Source: Deltaproteobacteria bacterium
GTDB taxonomy: Bacteria > Myxococcota > Kuafuiibacteriia > Kuafuiibacteriales > Kuafuiibacteriaceae
Direction of reading: 5' to 3'
DNA: 64,000 nt
NCBI GenBank assembly: GCA_040218735.1
Contig: JAVJQW010000033.1
Span: forward strand, 160,001-224,000
Part shown: one piece after another, positions 27,356 to 37,391 of the stretch
Layout of the letters: every line of letters starts with the position of its first letter
How positions within the stretch are numbered: position 1 is the stretch's first letter
The notes under the pieces: generated by a model
Told to the model about the DNA's origin: nothing
Seen by the model: the letters and a program-made list of their open reading frames with translations, nothing else
Databases searched by the model: none
Made by a program: the position numbers and the translations under genes

Positions 27356-28993
27356 CTACAGCGGCGTCACACCCGCGTAGGGCACGCCGGTCAGGTAGGC
27401 GACGTCGCGATCCCACGACGTGAGATCCCCCGCGCTCAGGTCCGCGAGCCGCGTGTGCCCGCACGCGCGCGCGAGGATCTTCATCAGCTCCACCGACGCT
27501 TCGAAGTACCGCGCGAGGCGCTTCGCCGACTCCTCGACGATCAGTCGCCCGCGCAGGTGCTCCTTCTGTGTGGCGATGCCGACCGGGCAGTTGTTCGTGT
27601 GGCACGCGCGCATCCCCAAGCAGCCGATCGCCTGCAGCGCCGCGTTCGACACCGCGATGGCGTCCGCGCCCAGCGCGAGCGCCTTCACGAAGTCCCCCTC
27701 CGTGCGCAGCCCGCCGGTGATCACCAGCGTGACGTCGTCCGCGCCTCGCGCGATCAGGTGCCGCTTCGCGCGCGGGAGCGCGGCCATCGTCGGCACGGAG
27801 ATGTTGTCCTTGAAGAGGTTCGGTGCGGCGCCGGTCCCGCCGCCGCGTCCGTCGAGGATGATGTAGTCCGCGCCCGCTTCGAGCGCGAAGTCGATGTCGG
27901 CCTCGATGTGCTGCGCGCTCAGCTTGAACCCGATCGGAATGCCGCCGGTCGCCTCGCGCACCTCCTCGGCCACGGCCGCGAAGTCCGCGACGGTGTGCAG
28001 GTCCGGGAACGTCGCGGGGCTGATCGCCGGCGTGCCGGGGGTGAGCCCGCGGACCTCAGCGATCTTGCCGACGACCTTGTTGCCCGGCAGGTGCCCCCCC
28101 GTGCCGGTCTTCGCGCCTTGACCGCCCTTGAAGTGGAACGCCTGGCACTTCTTGACCTTGTCGATGCTCCACCCGAAGCGGGCGCTCGCGAGCTCGTAGA
28201 AGTAGCGCGAATTCGCCGCCTGTTCCTCGGGGAGCATCCCGCCTTCGCCGGAGCAGATGCCGGTCCCGGCGAGCTCGGCGCCCTTCGACAACGCGACCTT
28301 TGCCTCTTCGCTCAGCGCGCCGAACGACATGTCACTGACGAACAGCGGAATCTCGAGGGTCAGCGGTTTCTTCGCACGCAAACCGATCGTCACGGCAGTC
28401 TCGACCGCGGCGTCGTCCAGCAGCGGCTTCTTCGCGAGCTGCGCGGTGACGATCTGCAGGTCGTCCCACGAGGGGAGCTGCTGCCGCGGGACCCCCATCG
28501 CCGAGACCTCCCCGTGGTGACCGAGCTTGGAGAGGCCCTCGCGCGCGAGGCGCTGGATGTGTTGGTTGTGCGGCTCCTCCGGCGCGCCGTGGGTGTCGGC
28601 GTACAGGCCGAGGTACGACGAACGGTCGTAGGGCTGCGGGTGCACGCGCGCGAACGCGGCGATCTCGTCCTCGTCGACGTAGACCTCGTCGTCTTCGACC
28701 CACGCCGTGAACTTCTCGAGCGCCTCCTCGTTGTTGTACTCGCTCACGCCGGTGTCGGCGCGGTAGTCCCAGCCGTGAACGCCGCAGATGAGGTTGTCCC
28801 CGTCGAGGTGCCCGTCGGCCATCAGCGCGCCGCGGTGCAGGCAGCGCCCGTAGAGCACCGACACGGCGTCGCCGAGGCGAATGACGACGAGGTCGACGTC
28901 CTTCACGAGCGCGTAGGCGGGCTTGCGATCTTCGAGCCGGGAGAAGCGCGCCACGCGCGCGGGGTTCTTCGTGTTGGCGAGGCTGGCGGTCAT
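27356..28993 (-). CDS. Rieske 2Fe-2S domain fused to FMN-binding glutamate synthase-related domain
   Basis: Rieske CLHRG...CGVHGW; SDMSFGALS, SGEGG, QGAK.G.GGHLPG.KV, DGRGGGTGAAP, CLGMRACHTNNCPVGIATQ. Confidence 0.92.
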   Translation of the reverse strand: MTASLANTKNPARVARFSRLEDRKPAYALVKDVDLVVIRLGDAVSVLYGRCLHRGALMADGHLDGDNLICGVHGWDYRADTGVSEYNNEEALEKFTAWVEDDEVYVDEDEIAAFARVHPQPYDRSSYLGLYADTHGAPEEPHNQHIQRLAREGLSKLGHHGEVSAMGVPRQQLPSWDDLQIVTAQLAKKPLLDDAAVETAVTIGLRAKKPLTLEIPLFVSDMSFGALSEEAKVALSKGAELAGTGICSGEGGMLPEEQAANSRYFYELASARFGWSIDKVKKCQAFHFKGGQGAKTGTGGHLPGNKVVGKIAEVRGLTPGTPAISPATFPDLHTVADFAAVAEEVREATGGIPIGFKLSAQHIEADIDFALEAGADYIILDGRGGGTGAAPNLFKDNISVPTMAALPRAKRHLIARGADDVTLVITGGLRTEGDFVKALALGADAIAVSNAALQAIGCLGMRACHTNNCPVGIATQKEHLRGRLIVEESAKRLARYFEASVELMKILARACGHTRLADLSAGDLTSWDRDVAYLTGVPYAGVTPL

Positions 28994-29047
28994 GACGAAG
29001 GAACTGTAACCAAGACGCGACGTCCCGTAACGAGGAAGGCCGCCACG

Positions 29048-29854
29048 ATGTATCGCTTGCTACCGAACCCGCCCCCCGAATTCATCGAAGCGCGACTGAA
29101 CGCGCACTACGCATCGCAGCTCGTCGCAGCGCCGGGCGTCGCTCGGGTGCCTCCCGCCGAAGACTTCAGCCACACCGCGCTCGTCTGGAACGCCACCCAC
29201 GCCGTGCTCGAAGGCGCCGCGCTGCCCGGCACGTCGCTGCGCGCGGGGCTGCGGGTGTCGTCGCTCGAGCTGGTCGTTTTGGACGAAGAGGTCCGCGCCA
29301 CGATTCCGCTCGCCGGTCGAACGCTCGCCGAAGGGCTCGCGGCGCTCGAAGCCGCGCTCCCCGAGGGCGCGGCGTTGGTGATGCCCGAACACGAGCTCCC
29401 TGCTCATCCGCTCGCCGAGGGCGCGAGGTTCGAAACCGACGCGACGCTGGCGCAGCTGGAAGGGTGGTTCGAGAACGCGGCCGCGATCCTCGAAGCCGCG
29501 CGCGCGGATCAGCCCGCTTCGCCGGTGCGCCTGTGGCCGCACCACTTCGACATCGCCACGCTCATCACCTTCGACGAAGGTGTCGACGCCGAGGCCGCGC
29601 GCTCGATCGGCGTCGGCCTGAGCCCGGGCGACGGCAGCTACGCCCAGCCGTACTGGTACGTCACGCCGTGGCCGTACCCGAAGGACCCGTCGCTCGCGTC
29701 GCTGCCGCTCGGTGCGTGGCACACCGACGGGTTCTTCGCGGCGATCCTCACGGCGCGTACGCTCGTCGCTGCGGGTGATGACCAGGCGGCGAACGTCGCC
29801 GCGTTCCTCGACGCGGCGGTGGTCGCGTGTCGCCGATACCTCGGCCTGGACTAA
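29048..29854 (+). CDS. Hypothetical protein, DUF5996-like
   Basis: VRLWPHHFDIA, GLSPGD....PYWYVTPWP, G.WH..GF. Start at ATG 29048 with purine-rich RBS. Confidence 0.75.
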   Translation: MYRLLPNPPPEFIEARLNAHYASQLVAAPGVARVPPAEDFSHTALVWNATHAVLEGAALPGTSLRAGLRVSSLELVVLDEEVRATIPLAGRTLAEGLAALEAALPEGAALVMPEHELPAHPLAEGARFETDATLAQLEGWFENAAAILEAARADQPASPVRLWPHHFDIATLITFDEGVDAEAARSIGVGLSPGDGSYAQPYWYVTPWPYPKDPSLASLPLGAWHTDGFFAAILTARTLVAAGDDQAANVAAFLDAAVVACRRYLGLD

Positions 29855-32253
29855 TACGTCGCGTAGCAGAGGTCGGCGGTGCCGCGGTGGTGGAACGCCG
29901 CGTGGGTCACGCTGCTCGTGTCGACGGCGATCGCCGGGTACCAACCGCTGTCACCGTCCGTGACGAGGTCTTCGACGAGCCACCCGGCGCCGTCCGGCCG
30001 CGCGATGCGTGCGGTCTGGGCCGTGTGGGACTGGAAGACCACGCGGGGCTCGGTGCCCACCATCGCGAGGTCGAGCCCGCCGGAGGAGCCGTACACCGAC
30101 GATGACGTGGTCTCCTCGATCGTCGAGAACGTCCACGCGCCGGCTTCCTTCTTCGCGTAGCGGACGCGGTCGGGTTCGTTTTGAACCGTGTGGCTGTACG
30201 CGAGGTGGTAGATGCCGTCGCGATCGATCGCGAGCGCCGTCTGCATTCGGTCGTTGAAGCTGATCGCTTCGATGCGCTCGATGGTCCACGCGCCGGCGGC
30301 ATCGCGCGTCGCGACGGCGACGTCACGCGTCTCCATCGTGACGAGGACGGCGCGGCCGAGCCCGTCGTACGCCACCGACGATCGCGCGCTGCGATCGCCC
30401 AGGGTGCCGACGATGTCGATCACCCACTGCGTGCCGTCGTACTCGGCGAGCTGGTTGCCGAACACGATCGCCGGGCGGCCCTCGGGGTCGAGCGCGATGC
30501 GCAGCTTCGTGTCCGCCGAGCCGGCGGTGATGACATCCTGTGTCCAACCGAACGGCGCGAGGCGCGACAGCACGATCTCCCGACCGCGGGTCTGACAGTG
30601 GCGGGTGTACGCGACGAGGATGTCGCCGGTCCCGTGGAGCGCGACGTCCACCGACCCGGGCAGCGCTGCTTCGATCTCACACACGTCCTCTGCGGGGCCC
30701 AGGGGCACCGGCTCCGTCACGAACTGCGTTCCGTCGAAGCGCGAAAGCTCCAGCGTTCGACTCGCCAGCTCGATGCCCGCGACGACGGGGCGCTCGTCCG
30801 CGTCCAGGGTGAGCGCCGCGGCGAACCCGCGGAGGCCATTCGGCGTGAGTGTCTCGCGTGTCCAGGTGCCGTTGGCGTCGCGTATCGACGCGACGACCTC
30901 CTTCGAGGCGAGGTCCAGATAGACGAGCAGCTGTCGGTCGTCGTCCGCGGCGAACGCGATTCCGGCGCGCGACAACGGGCGCTGTTCGAGCACGTAGTCC
31001 GCGTCGTTGCGGGACGGGTCACCGACGTCGGCGACATCCGATTCACACGTCGCGGCGACCGTCATCACGGCGGGCGCCCAGCCGTCCGGGTTGCCGAGGT
31101 AGTCGAAGAATCCGAACGCGACGGTGCCGTCCGCGAGCAACCCCGGTGAGTACCCGAGGCGTCCATCGTTGAAGCCCGCGCAGGTTTGAACGTCCCACCC
31201 GGCGCCGGTCTCGCGCAGCACGTGGAGCCGCTCACCGGCGCCGTTCATCGCGTAGACGACGAACGAAGGCCGCCCCGCTGCGTCGGCGAAGAACGCGGAG
31301 AGCCCGACGTTGCCCGCCGGCGTGCTGACGACCTGCGGCTCGCGCCACGCGTCGTCGACGTTGCGAATCAGGTAGTGGTTGTTGAAGTCCGTGAACGCGA
31401 GCATCGGCGCGCCGAGCGCGTCGACCGCGATCTCCAGCGACCGGACGTACGTCGCCGGTGCGATCGCAACGGTCTCCGTTGTCCACGCTCCGTTGTCGAA
31501 GCGTGCGGTGTGGATCTCGGTGTCCTGGGGGGCCACGACGACGACCGCCCCCGACGGGAGCACCGCGAGCTGAGGCCACGTGAGCTCGTCTTCGGTGCGC
31601 GGCAGCTCCGGGTCGATCGTCTCGACGGTCCACCGCCCATCCGCGCTCCGACGCGCGACCTTCAGCGCTTGGACCTCCGGCGCGAGGGGCGCGTGGCGCC
31701 GGTAGCGATCGAAGTATGCGATGACCGGCTGCCCGTCCGCGTCGAGCGCGAGGGAGCCGACGTCGCCGTGTGCGTCGACCACTTCGACGCTCCAGATGCC
31801 GCCCTCGTTTCGCGCGTACCGCAACGCATCGCCGCCGAGGGCGACGTGCGCAACGCCGTCGTCGTCGAAGGCCGCGGCGTGGCGGGACACGGTGCGCACG
31901 GTGGGGCCACCCGAGAAACAACCGTCGGGCGCGGGGGCTCCGCCGCCGTCGGCTCCGCCTCCTCCGCCGTCGCTCACGCCTCCATCGCGGTCGGCGCCGC
32001 CGCCGTCCCTGTCACCGTTGCTTTCGCCGCCGTCGCGGTCGGCGTTCGTCCCGCCGTCGCGGGGGCGCTCGAGGACGCAGACGTCCGCGGAGCACAATAG
32101 CCCCGCGTTGCAGCTTCCGTTGCCGTAACACGGGCCGCCGAGGGTGCCGTCCGGCGTGGCGGGGGTGGGATCCGACGAGCAGCCGACCCCGCAGGCGAGG
32201 GCCCAGGTGAGGGCGGTCGGTCCGAGGAGCCTGACGAGAGCTGACGCACGCAT
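29851..32253 (-). CDS. Large lipoprotein with Cys-rich N-module, RDGG linker and repeated beta-propeller-like blades
   Basis: Lipobox GVGC; C..NG.C..GL.C...C; repeated W..E.V/I and SLALD.DG.P units. Confidence 0.8.
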   Translation of the reverse strand: MRASALVRLLGPTALTWALACGVGCSSDPTPATPDGTLGGPCYGNGSCNAGLLCSADVCVLERPRDGGTNADRDGGESNGDRDGGGADRDGGVSDGGGGGADGGGAPAPDGCFSGGPTVRTVSRHAAAFDDDGVAHVALGGDALRYARNEGGIWSVEVVDAHGDVGSLALDADGQPVIAYFDRYRRHAPLAPEVQALKVARRSADGRWTVETIDPELPRTEDELTWPQLAVLPSGAVVVVAPQDTEIHTARFDNGAWTTETVAIAPATYVRSLEIAVDALGAPMLAFTDFNNHYLIRNVDDAWREPQVVSTPAGNVGLSAFFADAAGRPSFVVYAMNGAGERLHVLRETGAGWDVQTCAGFNDGRLGYSPGLLADGTVAFGFFDYLGNPDGWAPAVMTVAATCESDVADVGDPSRNDADYVLEQRPLSRAGIAFAADDDRQLLVYLDLASKEVVASIRDANGTWTRETLTPNGLRGFAAALTLDADERPVVAGIELASRTLELSRFDGTQFVTEPVPLGPAEDVCEIEAALPGSVDVALHGTGDILVAYTRHCQTRGREIVLSRLAPFGWTQDVITAGSADTKLRIALDPEGRPAIVFGNQLAEYDGTQWVIDIVGTLGDRSARSSVAYDGLGRAVLVTMETRDVAVATRDAAGAWTIERIEAISFNDRMQTALAIDRDGIYHLAYSHTVQNEPDRVRYAKKEAGAWTFSTIEETTSSSVYGSSGGLDLAMVGTEPRVVFQSHTAQTARIARPDGAGWLVEDLVTDGDSGWYPAIAVDTSSVTHAAFHHRGTADLCYATY

Positions 32254-32308
32254 CCGCAAGGGAGTACGCGCCTGAGCCCCCGATCTACCTACATTCTTCC
32301 GAAGGCTT

Positions 32309-33442
32309 TCACCCAAGGCGGGCCTTCAGGATCTCGCGCATCGCGTCGAGATCCGCGGGCTCCTTCACCGGGAAGAATCGCCCGCGCTCGCCTTCGCGGG
32401 GAACGCGCAGGAGCGAGAGGGGGAGCAGGGCGCCGCCGTCGTTGTCGCAAACGCCGCTCGCCTCGCAGGTGATCGACTCGAGTTGGATGGCCGCGCGTCC
32501 GTCGACCTTCTTCTTCACGACGTGACGCTGCAGGCCGATCGGGCGATCGATCGCGGCCGCGTCGAAGAGCATGTTGTTCGTCGAGAAGTCCGGGAGCGTG
32601 TGTTGCTCGAAGTCCGGCGGGAACCGGAAGCCCTCGACGAGCTGGAGGAACCCGGCCACGCGCGCTGGCGCGCCGCCCTTGTCCCAGGCGCCGGACGCCG
32701 TCCGACGTTTCTCGGTGACCTCCGCGGTCATCGGTCTGCCGCCGAGGATGTGGTGGCCGATCACGGCGGGCTCGACCGTCGCGCCGAGGTTGTCGACGTT
32801 GCTGAACAGAAGGATCTGTACGCCGCGCGCGCGGAGCTTCTCGAGGACACCCGAGCGACGAATGCACGAGAAGAAGTCGCCGTGCCCCGGCGCGTGGTAG
32901 CTCGGCTGGCCGTCGTCGCCGATGAAGAGCCCGAGCTGTTCGTCGAGCCGCACCGAGATCGACTGCGTGAACGAGAGGAGGTCTTCCTCCGCGAGCCCGA
33001 ACCTCGACGCCGCGTTCACGTGAGCCCAAGTCGCGGCGTCGGTGGCGAAGCTGTTCATGAGCACCAGCGGGACCGGCCGCCCGTACTTCTCGTGCGCGCG
33101 CTTCGCGTCGCGTGCTTTGAGCGCGATGAAGGTCAGACCGTCGAACACTTCGACGACACCCTTCACGACCCCGCCGAAGCGCGTCGCCATCCCGCCGTTG
33201 AGCACGACCGACGCGACCTTGCCGGCCTTCAGCGCGGCCTCGCCCGCGGCGCGCGCCTCTTCGTTCGTGAAGTCGAGATCGACGACGGTGTCGGCGGGCT
33301 CGATCGGGTCGGTGACGATCGCCGTCTCGGGCGAGAGTGTCCCGGCCCGCATCGCCGCGTACTCGCGTTCGAACCGGTCGCGTTCGAAGCCGAAGCGCTC
33401 CAGCAGCACGAAGTCGAGGCGCGGATCGTCGAGCACGTTCAT
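32309..33442 (-). CDS. Eukaryote-type UTP--glucose-1-phosphate uridylyltransferase (UDPGP family)
   Basis: VLNGGMATRFG..KG, LMNS, PGHGD, SNVDNLGA, KGG, QLVE, FSTNN, QLE. Start at ATG 33442. Confidence 0.88.
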   Translation of the reverse strand: MNVLDDPRLDFVLLERFGFERDRFEREYAAMRAGTLSPETAIVTDPIEPADTVVDLDFTNEEARAAGEAALKAGKVASVVLNGGMATRFGGVVKGVVEVFDGLTFIALKARDAKRAHEKYGRPVPLVLMNSFATDAATWAHVNAASRFGLAEEDLLSFTQSISVRLDEQLGLFIGDDGQPSYHAPGHGDFFSCIRRSGVLEKLRARGVQILLFSNVDNLGATVEPAVIGHHILGGRPMTAEVTEKRRTASGAWDKGGAPARVAGFLQLVEGFRFPPDFEQHTLPDFSTNNMLFDAAAIDRPIGLQRHVVKKKVDGRAAIQLESITCEASGVCDNDGGALLPLSLLRVPREGERGRFFPVKEPADLDAMREILKARLG

Positions 33443-33483
33443 CGCGCACCTCGATCCGATTTTTTGGGGCGGGCAGTCAAGGA

Positions 33484-36474
33484 TCAGCGCATGCGGCGCC
33501 GGATCTCGTGCGCCACGCGGTCGATGCGCTGCGCGGAAGCCTGTAGCAGGCGCTCCAGCTCCTGCGCGTAGTCGCCGCGCACACCGGCCAGGCGCAGCGG
33601 CGCGAGGTCCTTGGCGATCTCCACGATCTCCTCGGGGACCATCGAATCGTCGAAGGCCACGACCAGGCGATACAGGTCGCGCGCGCGTCGAAGGTCGGCG
33701 TTGGCGAGCATCAGGAACCGCAGGTCCGAGCGACACTCGGGGAGCACGTCCGCCGCCATGCCGAGCAGCTCCGGAACCAGCGGGCCGGGGAGGTCCGCGA
33801 TGATTCGGATCGCGAGCCACAACAGGTGAATCTCGCGGAGGCCCCCCGCGCCGAGCTTCAGGTTCAGCGTTTGAGGGAGCGCCGTGCGGCGGTCCTCGAG
33901 CTCGTCGAGGATGTCGCGCACGAAGGCTGCGCCGTTGTGCTTCGACACCAGATCGCGCACCTCCTCGTTGTACCCGCGCGCCACGACGGGGTCGCCGAGG
34001 AAGAAGCGCGCTTCGAGGATCTCGGCTTCGTCGATGAACGTCTCCGACGAGCGGTTCTTGAAGTAGTCGACCAGCTCCGGGATCGAAACCACGTACGCGT
34101 TGAAGTGTTCGGTGAAGCGGTTGTGCGGGTGGAGCCCGCGGCGAGTCATCGCGCCGGAGACACGCTGGAGGACCTTGCCGAAGAACTTCTTCAGCCCGCG
34201 GTCGTCGCGGTCGACCACCGCGAGGTAGTCCCAGTCGCCGCCGAACGCCTCGCCGCGTCCGTAGCCGCCGGTCGCGTAGACCGCGATGCGCGATCCGGGG
34301 CGGTAGTGTTGGAACATCGGCGAGCGCTGGCGCACCTCGCGGAAACACGCCTTGAAGAGCTCGCGTACGTAGATGTCGACAGCGCCCGTGAACTCCTCGT
34401 CGCGCGCGGCGGGGGCGCCTTCGAGGATCGCGATCAGCGCAGCGCGGAGGACCGCGACGTCGAACGCATCTCCGAGCAGCTCGATCTGCTGCTGCGGCCG
34501 TCGTTCGTGCGCCGCCTGCTGGTTGATCTCACTCGCGAGATCCTTGAGGCGGCGCGCGTCGCCGAGGCGTGTGAGGAAGTCGGGCGCCCGCGCGAGGACC
34601 CGCGTGCTGATGCGCCCCACCGCGTTGGAGCGGTGATACGCGAGCACGATGACCGAACGTAGCGCGCGCACCACCCGTGCGCCGCGGGTCGAGGTGTCCG
34701 CGGCTTCGATGGTGTCGGCGAGCTTCGCGATCTGGCGCGGCGAGTAGGCGACGGCCAGCCGGTACAGCGCGTCGGCGGTGGCCTCGGTGTCGAGCCGTTG
34801 CGTGAGGCGCTCGAGCGCGACCTCGCTCGACTCGAGGTGCGCCATCATCGCGCTCCACATCCAGGTCGCGGTTGCCGCGTCGCCCTCGATGCCCTCTTCA
34901 TGATCGCGCTGCGCGACGTAGACGAGGAACTCGATAAGCGCGGCGGCGTCCTCCGCCATCATGTCGACGTAGCGCTGCGCCACCTTCGCTCGGTGCGCGA
35001 TGGGGATCCGGCCGAAGTCGTCGGTGAACCGCTCCGCGGTTCGGCGGCTCTGCGCGATCAGCTCGACGACCTCGTCCCAGAACACGCTGCCCTTGTAGTT
35101 CTCGAGCGCGGAGAGCAGGCCGAGCACGAAGTTCTCCTCCGAGCCCGCAGTGAGCGCGCGGTCCTTCTCGACGATCTGACGGAACGTCGAGACGCGCATC
35201 AGGTGCGTGTCGATCTGCTCCTGCAGCTTCGCGACGCAGTCCAACGCGCGCCCGCGAATCTCCGTGTACGCGCCCATCAGGCGATCTTCCGCGGAGCGAC
35301 GCGCGGAGGCGCCGAGCCCGAGCAACAACGCGACGCGGTGGGACGCGGTGCGGATGTCGTCGTCCGACAGGTCGAACTCGTCGGCCTGGAAGACGTACAG
35401 CGACATCAACGTGCGCAGGATCTCGTTCTGCACGAACGCGTCCGCGAGCTGCGTGTACGTCTTGGCGTGTTCGACGTCGACCTCCGCCATCTTCGCGAGC
35501 GCGTGACAGGGGAGGGGATCGTGCACGCCGTGGATGACGCGCATGGCGCTCGTCGCGAGCTTGGTGGGGACGTAGATCTCACGCTTCGGCGCGAGCACCC
35601 CGGGCACCATCGGCGGCGACAGGTAGTACCGCAGCTCGTGCATCACGGATCGCAGGAAGCCTTCGTGGGCGATCGGGCGACCCTGGCCGGCGTAGTAGTT
35701 GATGATGACGCGATCGTCGAGCGAGCGCGCGAGCGCTTTGTCCCCGCAGAGGAACTGCGAGCCGAGCAGCTGCATCACCGACACCACGCTGCGCGTCGGA
35801 CGTTCGAGCAGCTCCGCGTACTCGTCGAGGAGCGCGCCGGTGCGCGGCGTCGAGAACTGTTCGGTGAGGAACAGCTGCACCTTCGACGCGTAGCGGAGGA
35901 AGGTCTTCGCGACGAGTGAGAAGCCGCGCGCCAACGCATCGCGCGCTTCGATCGAACGCACGACGATCGCGAGATCAACGTCCTCGTGATCCGTCAGCGC
36001 GCCGACGTTGAAGGCGACGTAGTCACGCTTCGATAGGTCCGGCGCTGCGGCCGCGATCGAGAGATCGAGCAGCGCCGCGATCCAATCGCGACGCGTTCGC
36101 TCCGCTTCGACGTAGATGCGGTGGCAGGTCAGGACGCGGTGCCCCGGGTCGGTGTTGAAGCTCTCGCGCAGGAGGTCGCGCGCGGTCTCCGCCTGCGTGC
36201 GGAGGTAGTGGTGCGCGAAGTACGCGCCGAACAGCGCGGTTCGGTTCTCGCGATGCACGCGTGCGAACTTGTCGATCGCCCGCATCGCGCGCGCGGGGCT
36301 CTCGGGCGCGGCGTCGAGGGGCGCGGCGCCCTCGCTCCACGCGGAGGCGGCGATCAGCTTCTCACGGTGACGCTGGCTCGCGCGGAGGAGCTTGCGGGTG
36401 TGGTTCGCGAAGCGCTCGATCTCGCGGCCGAGCTTCTTGAAGCAGGGATCGAACGTGAGTGGCTGCTCCGTCAC
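33484..36474 (-). CDS. GlnD/GlnE-like protein with tandem nucleotidyltransferase modules
   Basis: C-terminal module AVYATGGYGRGEAFGGDWD, ARFFLGD, NLKLGAGGLREI; N-terminal divergent module FNVG...HEDVDLAIV, SQFLCGD. Confidence 0.75.
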   Translation of the reverse strand: MTEQPLTFDPCFKKLGREIERFANHTRKLLRASQRHREKLIAASAWSEGAAPLDAAPESPARAMRAIDKFARVHRENRTALFGAYFAHHYLRTQAETARDLLRESFNTDPGHRVLTCHRIYVEAERTRRDWIAALLDLSIAAAAPDLSKRDYVAFNVGALTDHEDVDLAIVVRSIEARDALARGFSLVAKTFLRYASKVQLFLTEQFSTPRTGALLDEYAELLERPTRSVVSVMQLLGSQFLCGDKALARSLDDRVIINYYAGQGRPIAHEGFLRSVMHELRYYLSPPMVPGVLAPKREIYVPTKLATSAMRVIHGVHDPLPCHALAKMAEVDVEHAKTYTQLADAFVQNEILRTLMSLYVFQADEFDLSDDDIRTASHRVALLLGLGASARRSAEDRLMGAYTEIRGRALDCVAKLQEQIDTHLMRVSTFRQIVEKDRALTAGSEENFVLGLLSALENYKGSVFWDEVVELIAQSRRTAERFTDDFGRIPIAHRAKVAQRYVDMMAEDAAALIEFLVYVAQRDHEEGIEGDAATATWMWSAMMAHLESSEVALERLTQRLDTEATADALYRLAVAYSPRQIAKLADTIEAADTSTRGARVVRALRSVIVLAYHRSNAVGRISTRVLARAPDFLTRLGDARRLKDLASEINQQAAHERRPQQQIELLGDAFDVAVLRAALIAILEGAPAARDEEFTGAVDIYVRELFKACFREVRQRSPMFQHYRPGSRIAVYATGGYGRGEAFGGDWDYLAVVDRDDRGLKKFFGKVLQRVSGAMTRRGLHPHNRFTEHFNAYVVSIPELVDYFKNRSSETFIDEAEILEARFFLGDPVVARGYNEEVRDLVSKHNGAAFVRDILDELEDRRTALPQTLNLKLGAGGLREIHLLWLAIRIIADLPGPLVPELLGMAADVLPECRSDLRFLMLANADLRRARDLYRLVVAFDDSMVPEEIVEIAKDLAPLRLAGVRGDYAQELERLLQASAQRIDRVAHEIRRRMR

Positions 36475-37232
36475 GAGTTCTTCTCGATGTAGATCGCCGA
36501 GAGGTGGCGCCCCGTGACGCCTCGGTCACGACGGTGCGAATAGAACCGCGATTCGTCCTGGAAGGTACAGGCTCCCGCGACGTCGACCTGACGACGCTCG
36601 ATGCCGAGGCGCTCGAGCTGCATCACCAACAGCTCGACGAGATCGAGGTGCGGGGTGTTCTTCGGGGACGTCCCGACCGGCGGCGCGTCGCCATCGAGCG
36701 AGGCGCGCGCGGCCTCGACGACCTCCGGGCCCACCTCGAAGTGGAGCTTGGAGATCGCCGGTCCGATCGCGAAGAAGAGGCGGGACGGCGCTGCGCCCTT
36801 GGCGAGCAGGGCCTCGACCGCGACGCGCAGGATCCCAGCCGTCGCGCCTCGCCACCCGGCGTGCACCGCCGCGACGGCGATGGGGGCGAGCCGGGCGTCG
36901 ACGGCCGCGATCAGGACGGGGGCGCAGTCCGCCGTCCGCACGCCCACGGCGACGCCGGCGCGCGCGGTGATCAGGCCATCCGCGTCCGCACCTCGGGCGC
37001 CTTCGGCGTCGAGGACGGTCGTCCCGTGGACCTGGTTGACCTCCACGAAGGCCGCCGGATCGTCGAGCCCGATCGCCGTCGCGAACTGGCGCCGGTTGGC
37101 TTCGGGCGCACCGGGCGCCAGATCCAGGGAGGCATACGGTCCCGTCGAAACCCCACCGAGTCGAGTGGAAAACCCGTGAGAAACGTACCGAATACGAGCA
37201 AGGATCGGGCTTTGTAGGGCGCTGTCATTCAT
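36471..37232 (-). CDS. pgeF: PgeF/YfiH family (purine nucleoside phosphorylase / peptidoglycan editing factor)
   Basis: HGFSTRLGGVS, QVHG, TADCAPVL, VHAGWRG, IGPAI, CT.....FYSHRR...GR. Confidence 0.93.
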   Translation of the reverse strand: MNDSALQSPILARIRYVSHGFSTRLGGVSTGPYASLDLAPGAPEANRRQFATAIGLDDPAAFVEVNQVHGTTVLDAEGARGADADGLITARAGVAVGVRTADCAPVLIAAVDARLAPIAVAAVHAGWRGATAGILRVAVEALLAKGAAPSRLFFAIGPAISKLHFEVGPEVVEAARASLDGDAPPVGTSPKNTPHLDLVELLVMQLERLGIERRQVDVAGACTFQDESRFYSHRRDRGVTGRHLSAIYIEKNS

Positions 37233-37391
37233 CGGTGTGGGTATTGACCGCAAAACTGACCAAATCGAGACGCGTATGCTGATGACGAATTCATACAAAC
37301 GTTGCGCAGTCCGCGACCGCAGCGTTCGTGGGGCCCACGTCGAGAGAGCTGACCCGTCGGTTGGACCGCGCGTTGCACTTCACGCCCCGCG

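Noticed and set aside
27455-29047. N-terminal extension of the 799-aa ORF, and similar extensions of ORFs 32309-34348, 47087-49216 and 61736-63025
   Set aside because: The extensions overlap well-supported genes. The real proteins start at internal ATGs 29048, 33442, 47878 and 62764.
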